A DNA stretch of 64,000 nt from Opitutaceae bacterium (GCA_051252375.1 JBPOFY010000001.1:416001-480000); one strand, 5' to 3'; shown: positions 23,256 through 34,398, counted from the stretch's first letter. A program made the numbers and translations. Notes: a model not told the origin generated them from the sequence alone.

Positions 23256-23404
23256 GGGGAGTGACTCTGTTGATTGTGCACACAAAGTAAAGCGGTCAGT
23301 GCGTGTGGGATGTTGAGAAAGTGGAACATCAAACCGTGAAGTTCGAAGTGGGGTGGCTTATTATTCTGGTCGAACTTCGATGCCTCTCCTACAAAGGTGC
23401 TTCA

Positions 23405-24988
23405 ATGAATCGACCATCACAGTATTGGGGCATTCTTGCGGGTGTATTGACGACATTGCTTTGGGTAATGTCTATACCGCCGTTTGAGTTCGCGGAGGCG
23501 GCTTATGTGGCTTTTGTGCCGCTCTTCCTCTGGTTGTATACGCGTCCGACAGGGCGGCTGTTTTGGGTGATTGCGGTCGGTGTCGGTTGGGTGAGTTGGT
23601 GTGCAATTTTGATATGGCTGCGGCATGTCACGGTCTTTGGGACTTTGGCTTTGTCGGGCGTCCTTGGCTTTTTATTTGTGCTGTGGTTGCTATTGGCGCG
23701 GCGCATTGTGCCGGCAGTTGCAGAGCGATCCTTTGGCATCCGGGCGTTGAGTTTTTTGGGACTGGCGGGTGCATGGGTGGTGATCGAATGGTCGCGCACA
23801 TGGTTGCTCTGGGGGTTTCCTTGGGCACCTTTTTCGCTCAGTCAATGGGAGCGTCCATTGGTCCTGCAAATATCGGCTTGGGTGGGCGCTTATGGTGTCT
23901 CGTTCTTGTTGATCTTTTTCAATCTGTGTGTGGCGCATACGCTGCGTAATCGGATTGTGGAGCGTGAGCGCAAACTACTTGCCGGGTGGTTTAGCCCAGA
24001 TCTTTATATGGCGATGGGCGCACTGTGTATCTGCATTTATGTCTTCTTTAATTCATTGCCGCAGAAGGATTCAGCAAAGGAGCTGTTCGTGGCGGCGGTG
24101 GTGCAGCCATACATTGCACCGGAGTTGAAGTGGGATACGGATCGGGAGTTGGAGAACTTGAATATCCTGGAACGCCAAACTCGATTTGTAGGGACTTTGA
24201 TCAGTGATGTCATCCTTTGGCCAGAAGCGGCAACGCCTTGGCCGATCGTCGGTTATCCGGATATGGCGACTCGAGTGGAGCGTCTTTGTAATGAGATGGG
24301 TAAACCGATCTTGATGGGGAATCTGGCGAATGATTTAGAGACGAAGCAGTGGTATAACGGCAGTTTCTTGTGCGTGCCAGGTGAGGGCGTTGATCCGAAT
24401 TATTATGTGAAGCGAGAGCTGGTGCCTTTTGGTGAGTATGTGCCGAAGCCTTTTGGTTTTATCAAGAAAGTGGTCCCTGTCGGCGGCAATTTTGTCCCTG
24501 GAACCGATGCAGGTCTCATCGATTTACCTGTGCGTGATACCACGATCCCGATCGGTTCGTTGGTTTGCTATGAAGACGTGTTTCCTTCTTTAGCGCGTGA
24601 AAGTGCGGCGGCGGGCGCGCAGGTCTTTTTCGTGGCGACTAATAATGCGTGGTATGGTGAAGAGGGTGGCGCATCGCAACATGCCGCGCACTCTGTCTTA
24701 CGCGCGATCGAGAATCGTCGCCCGGTGATGCGTGCGGGCAATGGTGGCTGGAGTGGTTGGATCGACTCCTATGGCACCATCCGCGAGGTGCTGCATGACG
24801 AGGATGGCAGTATTTATTTCCGCGGTGGTGGCACCTACACCGTCTTCCAGTTTGAAGAGTGGATGACGCAGCAGAGTTTCTACACCCGTCATGGTGATTG
24901 GTTTGTCGCCGTCTGCGGCGGTTTAGCCGTATTGCTGATCTTCGTTCGTCCGAGTAAAGCGGAGAAGACTGTAAGCGAAGTGGCTTGA
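23405..24988 (+). CDS. lnt: Apolipoprotein N-acyltransferase
   Basis: GFPW, WPEAA, KRELVPFGEYVP, VCYEDVF, TNNAWYG, RAIENRR. Start set at ATG 23405. Confidence 0.95.
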   Translation: MNRPSQYWGILAGVLTTLLWVMSIPPFEFAEAAYVAFVPLFLWLYTRPTGRLFWVIAVGVGWVSWCAILIWLRHVTVFGTLALSGVLGFLFVLWLLLARRIVPAVAERSFGIRALSFLGLAGAWVVIEWSRTWLLWGFPWAPFSLSQWERPLVLQISAWVGAYGVSFLLIFFNLCVAHTLRNRIVERERKLLAGWFSPDLYMAMGALCICIYVFFNSLPQKDSAKELFVAAVVQPYIAPELKWDTDRELENLNILERQTRFVGTLISDVILWPEAATPWPIVGYPDMATRVERLCNEMGKPILMGNLANDLETKQWYNGSFLCVPGEGVDPNYYVKRELVPFGEYVPKPFGFIKKVVPVGGNFVPGTDAGLIDLPVRDTTIPIGSLVCYEDVFPSLARESAAAGAQVFFVATNNAWYGEEGGASQHAAHSVLRAIENRRPVMRAGNGGWSGWIDSYGTIREVLHDEDGSIYFRGGGTYTVFQFEEWMTQQSFYTRHGDWFVAVCGGLAVLLIFVRPSKAEKTVSEVA

Positions 24989-24990
24989 TC

Positions 24991-25071
24991 TGGAGGGCAA
25001 TGCTCCGTCATTGCCGCAAAACGGCTTAATATCTCGAACCAACGGCGGTTGCGACGGAGCGCAACCCTCCA
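24991..25071. repeat. REP doublet (REPIN/BIME-like), copy 2
   Basis: TGGAGGGCAATGCTCCGTCATTGCCGC...GGCGGTTGCGACGGAGCGCAACCCTCCA, starting 3 nt after the lnt stop. Confidence 0.88.
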
Positions 25072-25232
25072 ATCAATGAATTAAAAATCTGCATGGAGGC
25101 GATGATTCCCGTCACTATACGCCTGAGCGGTTCAACTAGATTAGCAACAAGTTGGAATTCCTAAAACGCATTCCATGGCGGTCCTCTTACCAACTAAACA
25201 ACTTGCGGCGTGGGAACACGCCTGCGCTACTT

Positions 25233-26060
25233 TTACGGCAGTGTGATTTTCGCGGTGCCGTCGCTGTTGGGACGCATGCGTTCGCCACCTTGTTCGATGA
25301 CGATGTTTTCACCTGCGGTGAATAGGATGTCGACGGAGCCGTTTTTAGTAATGGCAACTGTCTCGCCAGCACTCATGGTGTCGCGGTAGAGGATGGCGTT
25401 GTCGGACTGCTGTTTGACGATCACATAAACTGTGCCGCTGGCGATGAGTTTGAGCTCATTGCTTGCAGCTGCTTCTGAAATGGACGGCTCAGTTGATTCG
25501 GTGATCTCAGTGGGTGCTGCGAGTTCCGGTTCAATCGTCGGTTCGTCGCCGCTGCTGAGGATGGCTTTAATCAAGCCGAAGATGACAAACACGAGTGTCA
25601 GCGTGCCAACGAATACGAGACCGATTTTGAGATAAAAAGTCTTATCGTTTTCTTCATCGCTTTCACGATCAGCACGGTCTTCGTGTGTTGCAGCTGGGCT
25701 GGAGGAAATGTGTCCGTAGCCGGGCTCTGTTTGCGAAGTGCTTTCGTCTGCTTCAGAGCTAGCGGATTTCTTGATCTCGATCTGACCGAAGAGTTCAGAG
25801 CTGCCTTTTTTGCTGATACGCGTATTGCTGAGTAGCTGTGCGCTGTAATCGGTGATGATTTTCTCGGGATCGAGCTTCAGGTAGCGAGCGTAGTTCTTGA
25901 TGAATCCGCGCTTGTAGAGCTCGGGGAGCTCAAAATCGAATTTGTTTTGCTCGAAATAGCCTAAGAAGTCGCCGCGGATTTTAGTCGCCTCGGCAGCTTC
26001 GCGCAGGGAGATGCCCTTGCGTTTGCGTGCTTCTTCTAAACGTTCCCCAATACTTTGCAT
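25233..26060 (-). CDS. RodZ-like HTH membrane protein
   Basis: IGERLEEARKRKGISL..TKIR..RGFIKNYARYLKLD HTH, one TM segment, short C-terminal beta domain. Confidence 0.85.
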   Translation of the reverse strand: MQSIGERLEEARKRKGISLREAAEATKIRGDFLGYFEQNKFDFELPELYKRGFIKNYARYLKLDPEKIITDYSAQLLSNTRISKKGSSELFGQIEIKKSASSEADESTSQTEPGYGHISSSPAATHEDRADRESDEENDKTFYLKIGLVFVGTLTLVFVIFGLIKAILSSGDEPTIEPELAAPTEITESTEPSISEAAASNELKLIASGTVYVIVKQQSDNAILYRDTMSAGETVAITKNGSVDILFTAGENIVIEQGGERMRPNSDGTAKITLP

Positions 26061-26152
26061 TGTGACGCATTATGTGAGGGTCTTCTTTTATTCCGCAAGC
26101 ACGAATCGTAAGCTTAAGCGATTAGAAGCGAGGCGAGTCCAAGTATAGCCGT

Positions 26153-26178
26153 ATGGCGGTCGGGACGACCGCCGCTAC
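26153..26178 (-). repeat. REP hairpin, GTAG family
   Basis: Minus strand GTAGC-GGCGGTCG-tcc-CGACCGCC-AT, just past the prmA stop. Confidence 0.82.
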
Positions 26179-26181
26179 CTG

Positions 26182-27081
26182 TTAAGAAAGCACGAACAAC
26201 AAGTCGGCCCATTCGCCGTCTTCGCGGGTATCTGTGGTGATACTTTGGTCGCTGCGGAGTTCGGCGAAGCGCTTTTCGAAGTGGCTGCGGACGAGGTCGA
26301 GCTCTTTGGTAAGGATGCCGCTGAGGGCGATGGTGCCACCGTCTTTGACGCCTGTGACCAAGGGGTCTGAGTGAGGGATGAGCACATCGGTCTGGATATT
26401 GGCGAGCACGAGATCGCCTTGGCGACCGTTGGCAAAGCCTTGCTCCAAGTCTGCGACGGCAAACTCGGGTTTAGCTAGATGTGGGTTTTCTGCCGAGTTG
26501 CTGTGGCAAACGGTGATGGCTTCGGGGTCGAAATCGAAGCCGAATATTTTTGTGTAGCCGAGGGCGGAAGCGGAGAGCGCGAGCACGCCGGAGCCGCAAC
26601 CTGCATCGATTAGATCAATGGTTTCAAGCGATTCGGGATGCGCTTCAAGGTAGTCCAGCAAGCGACCGGCGCAAAGGCGGGTGGTCTCGTGGGTGCCAGT
26701 GCCGAAGGCCATGCCTGCATCGAGATAAACCACTGCGCTGCCTTCGGGAGCGGTGATGTTGTCGCGCTCCCAGAGTGGGATCCAGTGGAGTTGGCGGTTG
26801 CTCCAGGGCTTGACGAATTCTTTGTAGGCGTTCTGCCAGTCGGCGTCGATGATGGGTGTCTCGGCGAAGTCGGCGACCAATTTAGGAAAGTCGGCGCGCA
26901 GTTTGGCTAGTTCAGCCTGTGCGGTCTCGGAGTCGGGGAAGATGCCGAACACGTCGTAGGGATCGGTGATCTCCTTTTGCATGATGCCCCAGTAGGGCGA
27001 CTCGGTTTCGAAGAAATAGCCATCGAGGATTTCAACGATATCATCGGAGACGCGGGCGCGGAGTTCTACTTGGTTTGGCAT
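26182..27081 (-). CDS. prmA: Ribosomal protein L11 methyltransferase
   Basis: [33 protein letters not shown]. Start set at ATG 27081 (MPNQ). Confidence 0.93.
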   Translation of the reverse strand: MPNQVELRARVSDDIVEILDGYFFETESPYWGIMQKEITDPYDVFGIFPDSETAQAELAKLRADFPKLVADFAETPIIDADWQNAYKEFVKPWSNRQLHWIPLWERDNITAPEGSAVVYLDAGMAFGTGTHETTRLCAGRLLDYLEAHPESLETIDLIDAGCGSGVLALSASALGYTKIFGFDFDPEAITVCHSNSAENPHLAKPEFAVADLEQGFANGRQGDLVLANIQTDVLIPHSDPLVTGVKDGGTIALSGILTKELDLVRSHFEKRFAELRSDQSITTDTREDGEWADLLFVLS

Positions 27082-27106
27082 TGGAAAAGTGGGAGGGTGA
27101 AACGAG

Positions 27107-27703
27107 TTAAGAAGGTTCTTTGATTTTGCCTTTGCTGAGCTTGGCAATGACTTCTGGGAGAAGGCGGTGCTCAGCGATGTGGATTTTGGTTTCCAGTATT
27201 TCGAGTGTATCGGACTCTTCGATACGCACTTCTTTTTGATCGATAATGGGACCGGAATCGAGGTCTGCGGTGACCCAGTGCACAGTGCAGCCAGTGACTT
27301 TAACGCCGTGGTCGTAGGCTTGCTTGATGCCGTTCATGCCGATGAAGCTGGGCAGCAGGCTGGGGTGCAAGTTGATCACTTTGCCATCGAAGGCTTCGAT
27401 AAACTTCGCGGTGATGATCCGCATGAAGCCTGCGAGGACGATTAGCTTGGGCGAGAACGACTGGATGCGCTCGATGTAGGCTTGCTCGGCCTCGTCGCTC
27501 AGGCGGGCGCCTTTACGTTGTGGGTCGATATAGATCGCGGGGACTTTATGCTTCTGCCCGAGGGCGAGGATGCCAGCGTCTTCGTGATCGCTGATGATGG
27601 CAGCGATTTTGGCGGCACCGAGTTGCTTTTTGCTTTCCGCTTTAAGTAAAGCGTCGGCATTAGAGCCGCGGCCTGAGCCGAGGATGACGATTGGATAGGC
27701 CAT
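27107..27703 (-). CDS. purN: Phosphoribosylglycinamide formyltransferase
   Basis: [35 protein letters not shown]. Confidence 0.96.
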   Translation of the reverse strand: MAYPIVILGSGRGSNADALLKAESKKQLGAAKIAAIISDHEDAGILALGQKHKVPAIYIDPQRKGARLSDEAEQAYIERIQSFSPKLIVLAGFMRIITAKFIEAFDGKVINLHPSLLPSFIGMNGIKQAYDHGVKVTGCTVHWVTADLDSGPIIDQKEVRIEESDTLEILETKIHIAEHRLLPEVIAKLSKGKIKEPS

Positions 27704-27709
27704 ATTATA

Positions 27710-27744
27710 AGAAGTTAGAATGTAGAAGTCAGAAGCTAAGAATT
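27710..27744 (+). repeat. Degenerate AGAAGTT heptamer array
   Basis: AGAAGTT-AGAATGT-AGAAGTC-AGAAGCT-AAGAATT fills the dnaJ-purN spacer. Confidence 0.7.
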
Positions 27745-27745
27745 T

Positions 27746-28909
27746 CTATCGGAAGAATTTCTTAGCTTTTTCGACGAATGATTCGCTGACGGGATTGGCG
27801 GGGTCGCCGCTGGCCTCTGCAAAGGCTTCAAGTTTCTCCTTTTGATCGCTGTTGAGTTTGGTGGGCACTTCCACTTGCACGCGAATCAGAAGATCGCCTT
27901 TGGAGTTGCCGCGGAGGTGCGGGATGCCTTGGTCGCGGAGACGGAAGGTGGTGCCGGTCTGCGTGCCAGCTGGAATCTTGAGCGATCCTTTGCCGAAGAG
28001 TGTGGGCACGTTGATCGAGCCACCGAGTGCCGCGAGTGTGAATTTAATAGGGACTTCGCAAAAGAGGTCGAAGTCATGACGCTCAAACAGCTCGTGCTCT
28101 TTGACGTGTATGATAATGTAGAGATCGCCTGCTTGACCGCCCATTTGACCGGCTTCGCCTTTGCCTGCGGAACGGAGTTTCGAGCCGGTGGCGACACCTG
28201 CGGGAATACGCACCTTGACGGTGCTGCTGTCCATGACGCGGCCTTCACCGCGGCAGTTACCGCAGGGCTTTTCGATGGTTTGTCCTGCGCCTTGGCAACT
28301 CGGGCAGACTTGACGGAAACTGATGAAGCCTCGATTGGAGGTGACTTGACCCGCACCACCGCAAGTGGAACAGGTGACTTTCTTGGAGCCAGGTTCTGCG
28401 CCAGAGCCAGTGCACTTTTTGCACTCAATCGGTCGACGGTATCGGATCTCTTTTTCGGTGCCTTTGGCTGCTTCTTCGAGGGAGATCTCGAGGTCATAGC
28501 GAAGGTCGGATCCGTGGGCTGCGCCGCCGGATTGTCCGCGACCACCGCCACTGCCGAAGAACTCTTCGAAGATGCCGCCACCACCACCGCCACCGCCTCC
28601 GCCGCCGAAGGCTTCGCGGAAGATGTCGAACGGATCGTGGCCGCCCATGCCGCCGCGCCCGCCGCCGGGGTTGCCCATGCCGCCTTGCTTGAAGGCGGCG
28701 TGTCCGTAGCGATCGTAAGCTGCGCGCTTATCGCCGTCTTTTAGGACGTCGTAGGCTTCGGAAATCTCTTTAAACTTCGCTTCTGCGGCGGCATCGTCCG
28801 GGTTTTTGTCCGGGTGATACTTAACCGCTTGCTTGCGGTAAGCCTTTTTGAGGTCTGTTTCAGAGACGTCGCGAGCGACGCCGAGTAAATCGTAATAATC
28901 GTTCGCCAT
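27746..28909 (-). CDS. dnaJ: Chaperone DnaJ
   Basis: J domain with HPD, G/F-rich region, four CxxCxGxG repeats. Confidence 0.98.
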   Translation of the reverse strand: MANDYYDLLGVARDVSETDLKKAYRKQAVKYHPDKNPDDAAAEAKFKEISEAYDVLKDGDKRAAYDRYGHAAFKQGGMGNPGGGRGGMGGHDPFDIFREAFGGGGGGGGGGGIFEEFFGSGGGRGQSGGAAHGSDLRYDLEISLEEAAKGTEKEIRYRRPIECKKCTGSGAEPGSKKVTCSTCGGAGQVTSNRGFISFRQVCPSCQGAGQTIEKPCGNCRGEGRVMDSSTVKVRIPAGVATGSKLRSAGKGEAGQMGGQAGDLYIIIHVKEHELFERHDFDLFCEVPIKFTLAALGGSINVPTLFGKGSLKIPAGTQTGTTFRLRDQGIPHLRGNSKGDLLIRVQVEVPTKLNSDQKEKLEAFAEASGDPANPVSESFVEKAKKFFR

Positions 28910-28915
28910 ATTGAA

Positions 28916-29491
28916 TTAGCTGTCTGCTTTGGCGGGGCCACTGGAAACAATGACGTTGGCTGCGCGTATGAGGCGTTCGTTTAAACGGTAACCCGCGCGA
29001 ACAGTTTGTATGACGTGGTCTTCTTTGACGTCTTCGGAGGGTTGATGCGCAATGCACTCGTGTAGGTTGGGATCAAAAACTTCACCATCAGGGAGGAGTT
29101 CCTCTAAGCCTTGCTCGGAGAGCGAACGCTTGAGTTGATCGTCGACCATTTTGAAACCGACAGTGACGTCCTTCGCTTCCGGATGATTTTCGGCGGCTTG
29201 GAGGCCGAGCTTCATGTTGTCGAGCACGGGCAGGAGTGATTCCACTACGTTTGCTGCGGCACTACGGATGATCTCCTGCTTTTCGCGGGTGATACGTTTG
29301 CGGTAATTCTCAAGGTCGGCGACTGAGCGCAAATAGCGCGACTTCATTTCGGTCGCTTCTAGTTGGGCTTTTTCGAGTTCGCTCAGTTCTGGAGTGGCCG
29401 CTTCGGTTTCAGGCGCATCTTCCACGACAGTATCGGTCGCGTCAGTGGGCTCTTCGACTTCTTCAGAGGAGTTTTGTGTTTTGTCTGTCAT
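28916..29491 (-). CDS. grpE: Nucleotide exchange factor GrpE
   Basis: [35 protein letters not shown]. Confidence 0.97.
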   Translation of the reverse strand: MTDKTQNSSEEVEEPTDATDTVVEDAPETEAATPELSELEKAQLEATEMKSRYLRSVADLENYRKRITREKQEIIRSAAANVVESLLPVLDNMKLGLQAAENHPEAKDVTVGFKMVDDQLKRSLSEQGLEELLPDGEVFDPNLHECIAHQPSEDVKEDHVIQTVRAGYRLNERLIRAANVIVSSGPAKADS

Positions 29492-29624
29492 TGTTATGCA
29501 AAAAGTTGTGTGATTTGACCCGTAATTCTTAGATCAGTTTCAAAGTGAGCGCGGGAGTGTGCGGATAAATTCAGAGAATTCAAGGGCACACTGTGGATGA
29601 ATTTCAGCAAGAATTGAGCCCATG

Positions 29625-29653
29625 AAAAAGGCCGGGAGTGCACCCGGCCTTTT
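29625..29653. terminator. Intrinsic terminator, probably bidirectional
   Basis: AAAAAGGCCGGG-agtgca-CCCGGCCTTTT just downstream of the stop of the minus-strand gene ending at 29675. Confidence 0.85.
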
Positions 29654-29674
29654 GAAATTCGCTTAGATTGCGTT

Positions 29675-30229
29675 CTAATCTGTCTTCTCCGCGCTGGAAC
29701 CGCCACTCAAGATGTCGATGATTTCGCGGGAATCTTCGAAGATCCGCACAATTTCGTCTCCGATGCGCACGATCTCGGTATTTTCCGGAGATTTGGGCAG
29801 ACGTTTAAGGATTTCCTCGGGGAGCGAGCGCGCTTTCTCATCTAGTTCTGGCTCTAGCTTGGCACCGCGCTCAAGCTTCTTTTTCCATCCTGGAGGCAGT
29901 TCGCCCCCGCGCTCTAGTTTCTTTTTTAAGCCTGGAGGGAGTGGTTTGTCTGATTTTTTCCACTTGGCGTTTCCTTTTTGCCAGCTTTCTAGCACTTCGC
30001 GCTCTTCTTTATTAAAAGTGGGTGCCTGTTCCTTTTTCGGCTTCTTATCTTTATTGGCGTCCTCAGCTTCCTCGACCTTTTTAGGCGTTTCTTTGGCGGT
30101 CTCAGATTTCTTCCCAAAGATTCGTTCAAACCAAGACGGTTTCTCTTCTTCTTGTGCTTGAGTTTCCGCGAAGCCGGATTGGGCCAACGTTGCAAGTGCC
30201 AAGGCAAAGTAAAATATCAGTCTCTTCAT
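29675..30229 (-). CDS. Secreted protein with LPPG-x-KK repeats (CigR/RcnB-like)
   Basis: Signal peptide from ATG 30229 (MKRLIFYFALALATLAQSGFA); tandem LPPGLKKKLERG / LPPGWKKKLERG. Confidence 0.7.
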   Translation of the reverse strand: MKRLIFYFALALATLAQSGFAETQAQEEEKPSWFERIFGKKSETAKETPKKVEEAEDANKDKKPKKEQAPTFNKEEREVLESWQKGNAKWKKSDKPLPPGLKKKLERGGELPPGWKKKLERGAKLEPELDEKARSLPEEILKRLPKSPENTEIVRIGDEIVRIFEDSREIIDILSGGSSAEKTD

Positions 30230-30267
30230 TGTGTCATAATGAGAAGCGTTCTCTTTCAGCACAACAG

Positions 30268-31014
30268 TTAATCAGCAGCTAGAGCTGGCCGTTTATACCA
30301 AAAACCACAGAGTTTTCGCGAACGCACAGCGATAGGCATGAGCGCCATCAATAGGACCCAGCCGAGAATTTTCGGTCCCGAATACCAGTTGAGCTTGCGG
30401 GCGGAGGTCTGGGCGGGCGCAAGTGTGAGGATGTCGAAGCGTAGCTTTTCGGCTTTGCCCCATTTCTTCAGGAGGCGGGAGAGGCGCACTTCTTCGCTGG
30501 CGTAGAGTTTTTGGTCAAAACCTCCGACAGCTTCGAATGCGTCCCGCCGGCAATAGAGATAGCTGCCAGCTGCGGTGCGGGTGAGTTTGGATACGCGCTC
30601 CCAGAGACCGATGCCAAAGCGGCCGATGCGGGAGATCGGGCCTTCAAATTGGATGACTGAGCCGCCGCCGACTACGTTGCCAGTGTTAAGGCGGCGCAGG
30701 GATTCGGTCAGTAGTGCTGGTTCGATGCGGGTATCGGCATCAATAAATATAAGGTAGCGACCTTGGCTGGCGCGCACTCCGGCATTACGGGCTCGTGCGA
30801 TTTGATTCTCTGGCTCGAAGACCACTTTTACGAAGCCTACCTTAGTCGCGACTGCGGCGGTCAAATCCGATGAATTGTTGTCCACCACGATGCATTCGCC
30901 CAGCTCAGACTGGGCATCCATCGCGGCTTTGATGGCGGTCAGCGTCGCGGGGAGCTCTTCCGCCTCGTTGTAGGCGGGAATGATGATCGAGTAGTCGGGG
31001 GCGAATGCGTTCAT
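30268..31014 (-). CDS. Glycosyltransferase family 2
   Basis: SIIIPAYNE, VVDNNSSD, ARARNAG, FIDAD, GGFD. Start ATG 31014 overlaps the upstream stop (ATGA). Confidence 0.92.
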   Translation of the reverse strand: MNAFAPDYSIIIPAYNEAEELPATLTAIKAAMDAQSELGECIVVDNNSSDLTAAVATKVGFVKVVFEPENQIARARNAGVRASQGRYLIFIDADTRIEPALLTESLRRLNTGNVVGGGSVIQFEGPISRIGRFGIGLWERVSKLTRTAAGSYLYCRRDAFEAVGGFDQKLYASEEVRLSRLLKKWGKAEKLRFDILTLAPAQTSARKLNWYSGPKILGWVLLMALMPIAVRSRKLCGFWYKRPALAAD

Positions 31015-31547
31015 TTTGTTTTTAGGGGGATGTGCACTTCGGACCGCTTTAGGAAACCTGGCATGAATGGGCTGTTCCAAAAGATTGCCCGCGCTTCACC
31101 TGTAATTTCATATGGTTCCTGAGTGGCGAGCCAAGTTCTAAGCGTTGCTTCAGCTTTTTGGAAGTTTTCTTCGGAATAGCCACCGCGCACGCCAATGCTG
31201 GCGACGGTGCGCGCGGGCAACTGATGGACTGTGACGGTATCGGTCGACTCCTGTGCTTTCTTAATCGCTTCTTCGCCGATGTAGAAATACATGACGCCGG
31301 GGTTGATCTCCGCTTCGACGGGTGTGGTCATGGCGATGTCGCGCGATGAGATGTAGCGGAAGAGTGGGCGGAAAAGTTGGTTGTCGTCACTAAAGTAGTC
31401 GTTCTCAGATTGGCTGGCGATGAGGTGGGCGGCAGGCAGCGTCTTGATCTCAGTTTGACCGACATTTGTTTGCGGGAAGGCTTTATCGGCAGCATTCATG
31501 AGTAGTGGGAATAGGCAAAGAAGTAGAACAGAGCAGTGGGTTTTCAT
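31011..31547 (-). CDS. SOUL family heme-binding protein
   Basis: FRPLFRYIS, IAMTTPV, WNSPFMPGFLKRSEV; signal peptide. Confidence 0.85.
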   Translation of the reverse strand: MKTHCSVLLLCLFPLLMNAADKAFPQTNVGQTEIKTLPAAHLIASQSENDYFSDDNQLFRPLFRYISSRDIAMTTPVEAEINPGVMYFYIGEEAIKKAQESTDTVTVHQLPARTVASIGVRGGYSEENFQKAEATLRTWLATQEPYEITGEARAIFWNSPFMPGFLKRSEVHIPLKTK

Positions 31548-31648
31548 GTAAATGTAACGCTCGCAAATTGATTTCCTTACTCGGTAATTTGTAAATCTGA
31601 TCTATTGCTGGAATAATTAAGGACACTGGCTTATCCCTATAACTATCT

Positions 31649-33775
31649 ATGAAATTGTTTTCCCTTAGGACCTTCCTTGGTGTTATTGCCCTCGCCGCTT
31701 GTAGCTTACGTGCGGAACCGATCCAGGCGGAGCATGCGACTGTCGAGCTAATCGCCGAACAGCAGCAGGTTGTGGCCGGTAAAAGCTTTAATCTGGCGCT
31801 ACGCTTTGAGTTAGACCCGCATTGGCACCTGTATTGGAAAAATCCTGGTTCGAGTGGCTTGCCGCTTTCTTTGGAGTGGGATTTGCCCGAGGGCGTCGAA
31901 GCTGGGGCGATCCAATGGCCGACTCCAGAGCGGATCGAACTAGAAGGCTATGTGACTTATGGCTTTGAGGACGCAGTGACCTTTGTTGTCCCGATCCAAG
32001 TAGATGAGTCCTATGCCGCGGAGAATATTACTATAAAAGCCGAGGCATTTTGGCTGATTTGCAAGGAGGCTTGCTTGCCTGGGAGTGCCAGCCTTGAAAT
32101 TAAGTTACCCTTAGGTGACAAATTAATTGAAAGCGCAGACGCGAATGCCTTTGAGGTCGCCAGAGCGGCACAACCCGTCAGCGCACTGCCTTGGAAGCTA
32201 GGTGCGAGCTTAGAAGAGGGCGCCAAGCAGGCAGTCATCACCCTTCAAGCAGCGGATGGCGCGTTGCCGACCGAGCTTTATTTCTATGCTGATGCCGAGG
32301 GCTTGGTGGATTCCAATGCCCAGCAGCCACTCAACTTTTTAAATGAAACCACACTAGAGCTTCGCTTAGAGATGGATCCGATTTTTACGGACGCACCGCA
32401 AGCGGGTATAGCTGGGGTCTTGCAGAGTGAATCCGGCAGTTGGGCGATAGAAGTGGAATTCGGCGCAGCGCGTGGAGCGGTGTCGCCTGCGGAGCCTGTT
32501 ATCAGCGAAATGAAAACCGATAGCTTCGAGCAGCGATTATTGGATTTGGGGCTGCCCGGGTTCTTGGCCTTGGCTTTCATCGGGGGGCTCATTTTGAATG
32601 TCATGCCCTGTGTTTTACCGGTGTTGTCGTTGAAAGTGTTTTCATTGGTAAAGCATTCTGGACAGTCAAAGCGGGAGGCACTGGCTCATGGCGGTGCATA
32701 CTCTGCGGGTGTCGTCGTTAGTTTTATGGCTCTGGCAGGCGCGTTGTTTGCCCTGCGTTCTCTGGGGGAGCGCATCGGCTGGGGCTTCCAACTGCAAAAC
32801 CCAACTTTCGTGGTCATTTTGACGGTGGTTTTCTTTCTCTTCGGCTTGAATTTAATGGGTGTGTTTGAAGTCGGCACGCGACTCATTGGGGCCGATTCAA
32901 AAGTATCACAGCGTAATGATATTTTCGGGTCCTTCGGCATGGGCGTGCTTGCAGCTGTGGTCGGTGCACCCTGCATGGGACCGCTCGTTGCATCGGTCAG
33001 CGGAATTGCGGTGCAAGCGAGTTTGGCCACCGGTCTGTTAATCTTTGGGGTGATGGGGCTCGGCTTGGCTTCTCCCTTCTTGTTGCTGTCTGTTTTCCCG
33101 AAATTGGTCGCCTACCTGCCGAAGCCGGGCGTGTGGATGGAGTCGTTTAAGCAATTCATGGGCTTCTTGTTAATGGCCGCAGTTGTCTTTCTTGCTCTGG
33201 TAGTCGGCAGACAGGGCGGCGTCGATGCGATCGTGGCTATTTTGGTAGTGCTTTTAGTCAGTGCCCTCGCGGCATGGATCTATGGCCGCTGGGCTGCGCC
33301 GGTGAAATCGAAGCGCTCAAAGCTGATCGCGATTGTGCTGAGCGCGGGCTTGCTGGTCTTGTCGGTGCTTTATGGCGTGAAGAGCGCCAAAGTCGCCTAT
33401 AGCAGTTACGAGGTGAGTGCCGTCGAGGGGGACCTTTGGCAGCCGTGGTCGAGTGAGCGAGTGGCCACAGAGTTGGCGGCGGGTAATCCAGTCTTTATCG
33501 ATTTCACCGCGAGCTGGTGTTTGATTTGCCAAGTGAATAAGAAGATAGCACTGCGGACGGATGCTACGGAGGCGCTCTTCGAGGAATACGGGATCGTGGC
33601 TCTAGAGGCAGATTGGACACGTTATGACGCGACGATCACGACGGAGTTAGAGCGTTTCGGTCGTTCCGGAGTGCCACTGTATCTGTTGTATGCGCCAGAC
33701 GGAGAAGTGACCGTCTTGCCGCAGAGTTTGACTAGCGGAATTATCCGTGAAGCAGTTGAAAAGCTGAAGAACTAG
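31649..33775 (+). CDS. dsbD: DsbD-family thiol:disulfide interchange protein
   Basis: WHLYWKNPG, CKEAC, LNVMPCVLPVLSLK, GAPC, LPKPG.WM, DFTASWCLIC, GRSGVPLY. Confidence 0.9.
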   Translation: MKLFSLRTFLGVIALAACSLRAEPIQAEHATVELIAEQQQVVAGKSFNLALRFELDPHWHLYWKNPGSSGLPLSLEWDLPEGVEAGAIQWPTPERIELEGYVTYGFEDAVTFVVPIQVDESYAAENITIKAEAFWLICKEACLPGSASLEIKLPLGDKLIESADANAFEVARAAQPVSALPWKLGASLEEGAKQAVITLQAADGALPTELYFYADAEGLVDSNAQQPLNFLNETTLELRLEMDPIFTDAPQAGIAGVLQSESGSWAIEVEFGAARGAVSPAEPVISEMKTDSFEQRLLDLGLPGFLALAFIGGLILNVMPCVLPVLSLKVFSLVKHSGQSKREALAHGGAYSAGVVVSFMALAGALFALRSLGERIGWGFQLQNPTFVVILTVVFFLFGLNLMGVFEVGTRLIGADSKVSQRNDIFGSFGMGVLAAVVGAPCMGPLVASVSGIAVQASLATGLLIFGVMGLGLASPFLLLSVFPKLVAYLPKPGVWMESFKQFMGFLLMAAVVFLALVVGRQGGVDAIVAILVVLLVSALAAWIYGRWAAPVKSKRSKLIAIVLSAGLLVLSVLYGVKSAKVAYSSYEVSAVEGDLWQPWSSERVATELAAGNPVFIDFTASWCLICQVNKKIALRTDATEALFEEYGIVALEADWTRYDATITTELERFGRSGVPLYLLYAPDGEVTVLPQSLTSGIIREAVEKLKN

Positions 33776-33789
33776 CGTTTAGTGAGCAT

Positions 33790-34389
33790 ATGAAATTATC
33801 ACACATTCTCGCCACGGCTTCTTTTGCTATCGCTTCTATCACTTCCGCAGGTGTTGCCACAGGTAGCGCAGCCCCTGATTTCACGCTGACAGATACCAAG
33901 GGCGTGAGCCATAGTCTCTCCGATTTCAAGGGGAAGTATGTTGTCCTTGAGTGGACGCGTCACGATTGCCCATTTGTCGTTAAATTCTATGAGAATGGCG
34001 ATATGCAGGCCCTTCAAAAAGAAATGACAGATAAAGCTGTGGTCTGGCTCCAGATCGCATCTTCAGCTAAGGGGAAATCGGGCTATTTGACTGCAGAGCA
34101 AGCCGAGGCGATTCGGATTGGAACCGGAACGGCATCCACAGCACTTCTTCTCGACGCCAGCGGAAAAGTCGGACGTCAATACGATGCCCGCACGACTCCG
34201 CACATGTATCTGATCAATCCAGCAGGCGAACTGGTCTATCAGGGTGCTATCGACAGTATCAAATCGGCTCGCTCCAAGGATATCGCCAAAGCGACTAACT
34301 ACGTGAAGGCCGCATACGAGAGTGCCATCGCCGGCGAGCCGATCGAAAATGCCACGACCACACCCTATGGCTGTGGCGTGAAGTATTAA
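33790..34389 (+). CDS. Periplasmic redoxin (AhpC/TSA-like thioredoxin fold)
   Basis: APDFTL, VVLEW..HDCPFV, ARTTPHMY, YQGAID, PYGCGVKY. Confidence 0.88.
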   Translation: MKLSHILATASFAIASITSAGVATGSAAPDFTLTDTKGVSHSLSDFKGKYVVLEWTRHDCPFVVKFYENGDMQALQKEMTDKAVVWLQIASSAKGKSGYLTAEQAEAIRIGTGTASTALLLDASGKVGRQYDARTTPHMYLINPAGELVYQGAIDSIKSARSKDIAKATNYVKAAYESAIAGEPIENATTTPYGCGVKY

Positions 34390-34398
34390 GTCCGTTTC

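Noticed and set aside
27842..28744. 300-aa plus-strand ORF and the 235-aa alternative-frame ORF
   Set aside because: Both overlap dnaJ entirely and have no recognisable motifs.
31649..34389. dsbD-redoxin pair as part of the large secreted system
   Set aside because: A common stand-alone pair, separated from the operon by the oppositely oriented vanZ; the operon proteins are Cys-poor.
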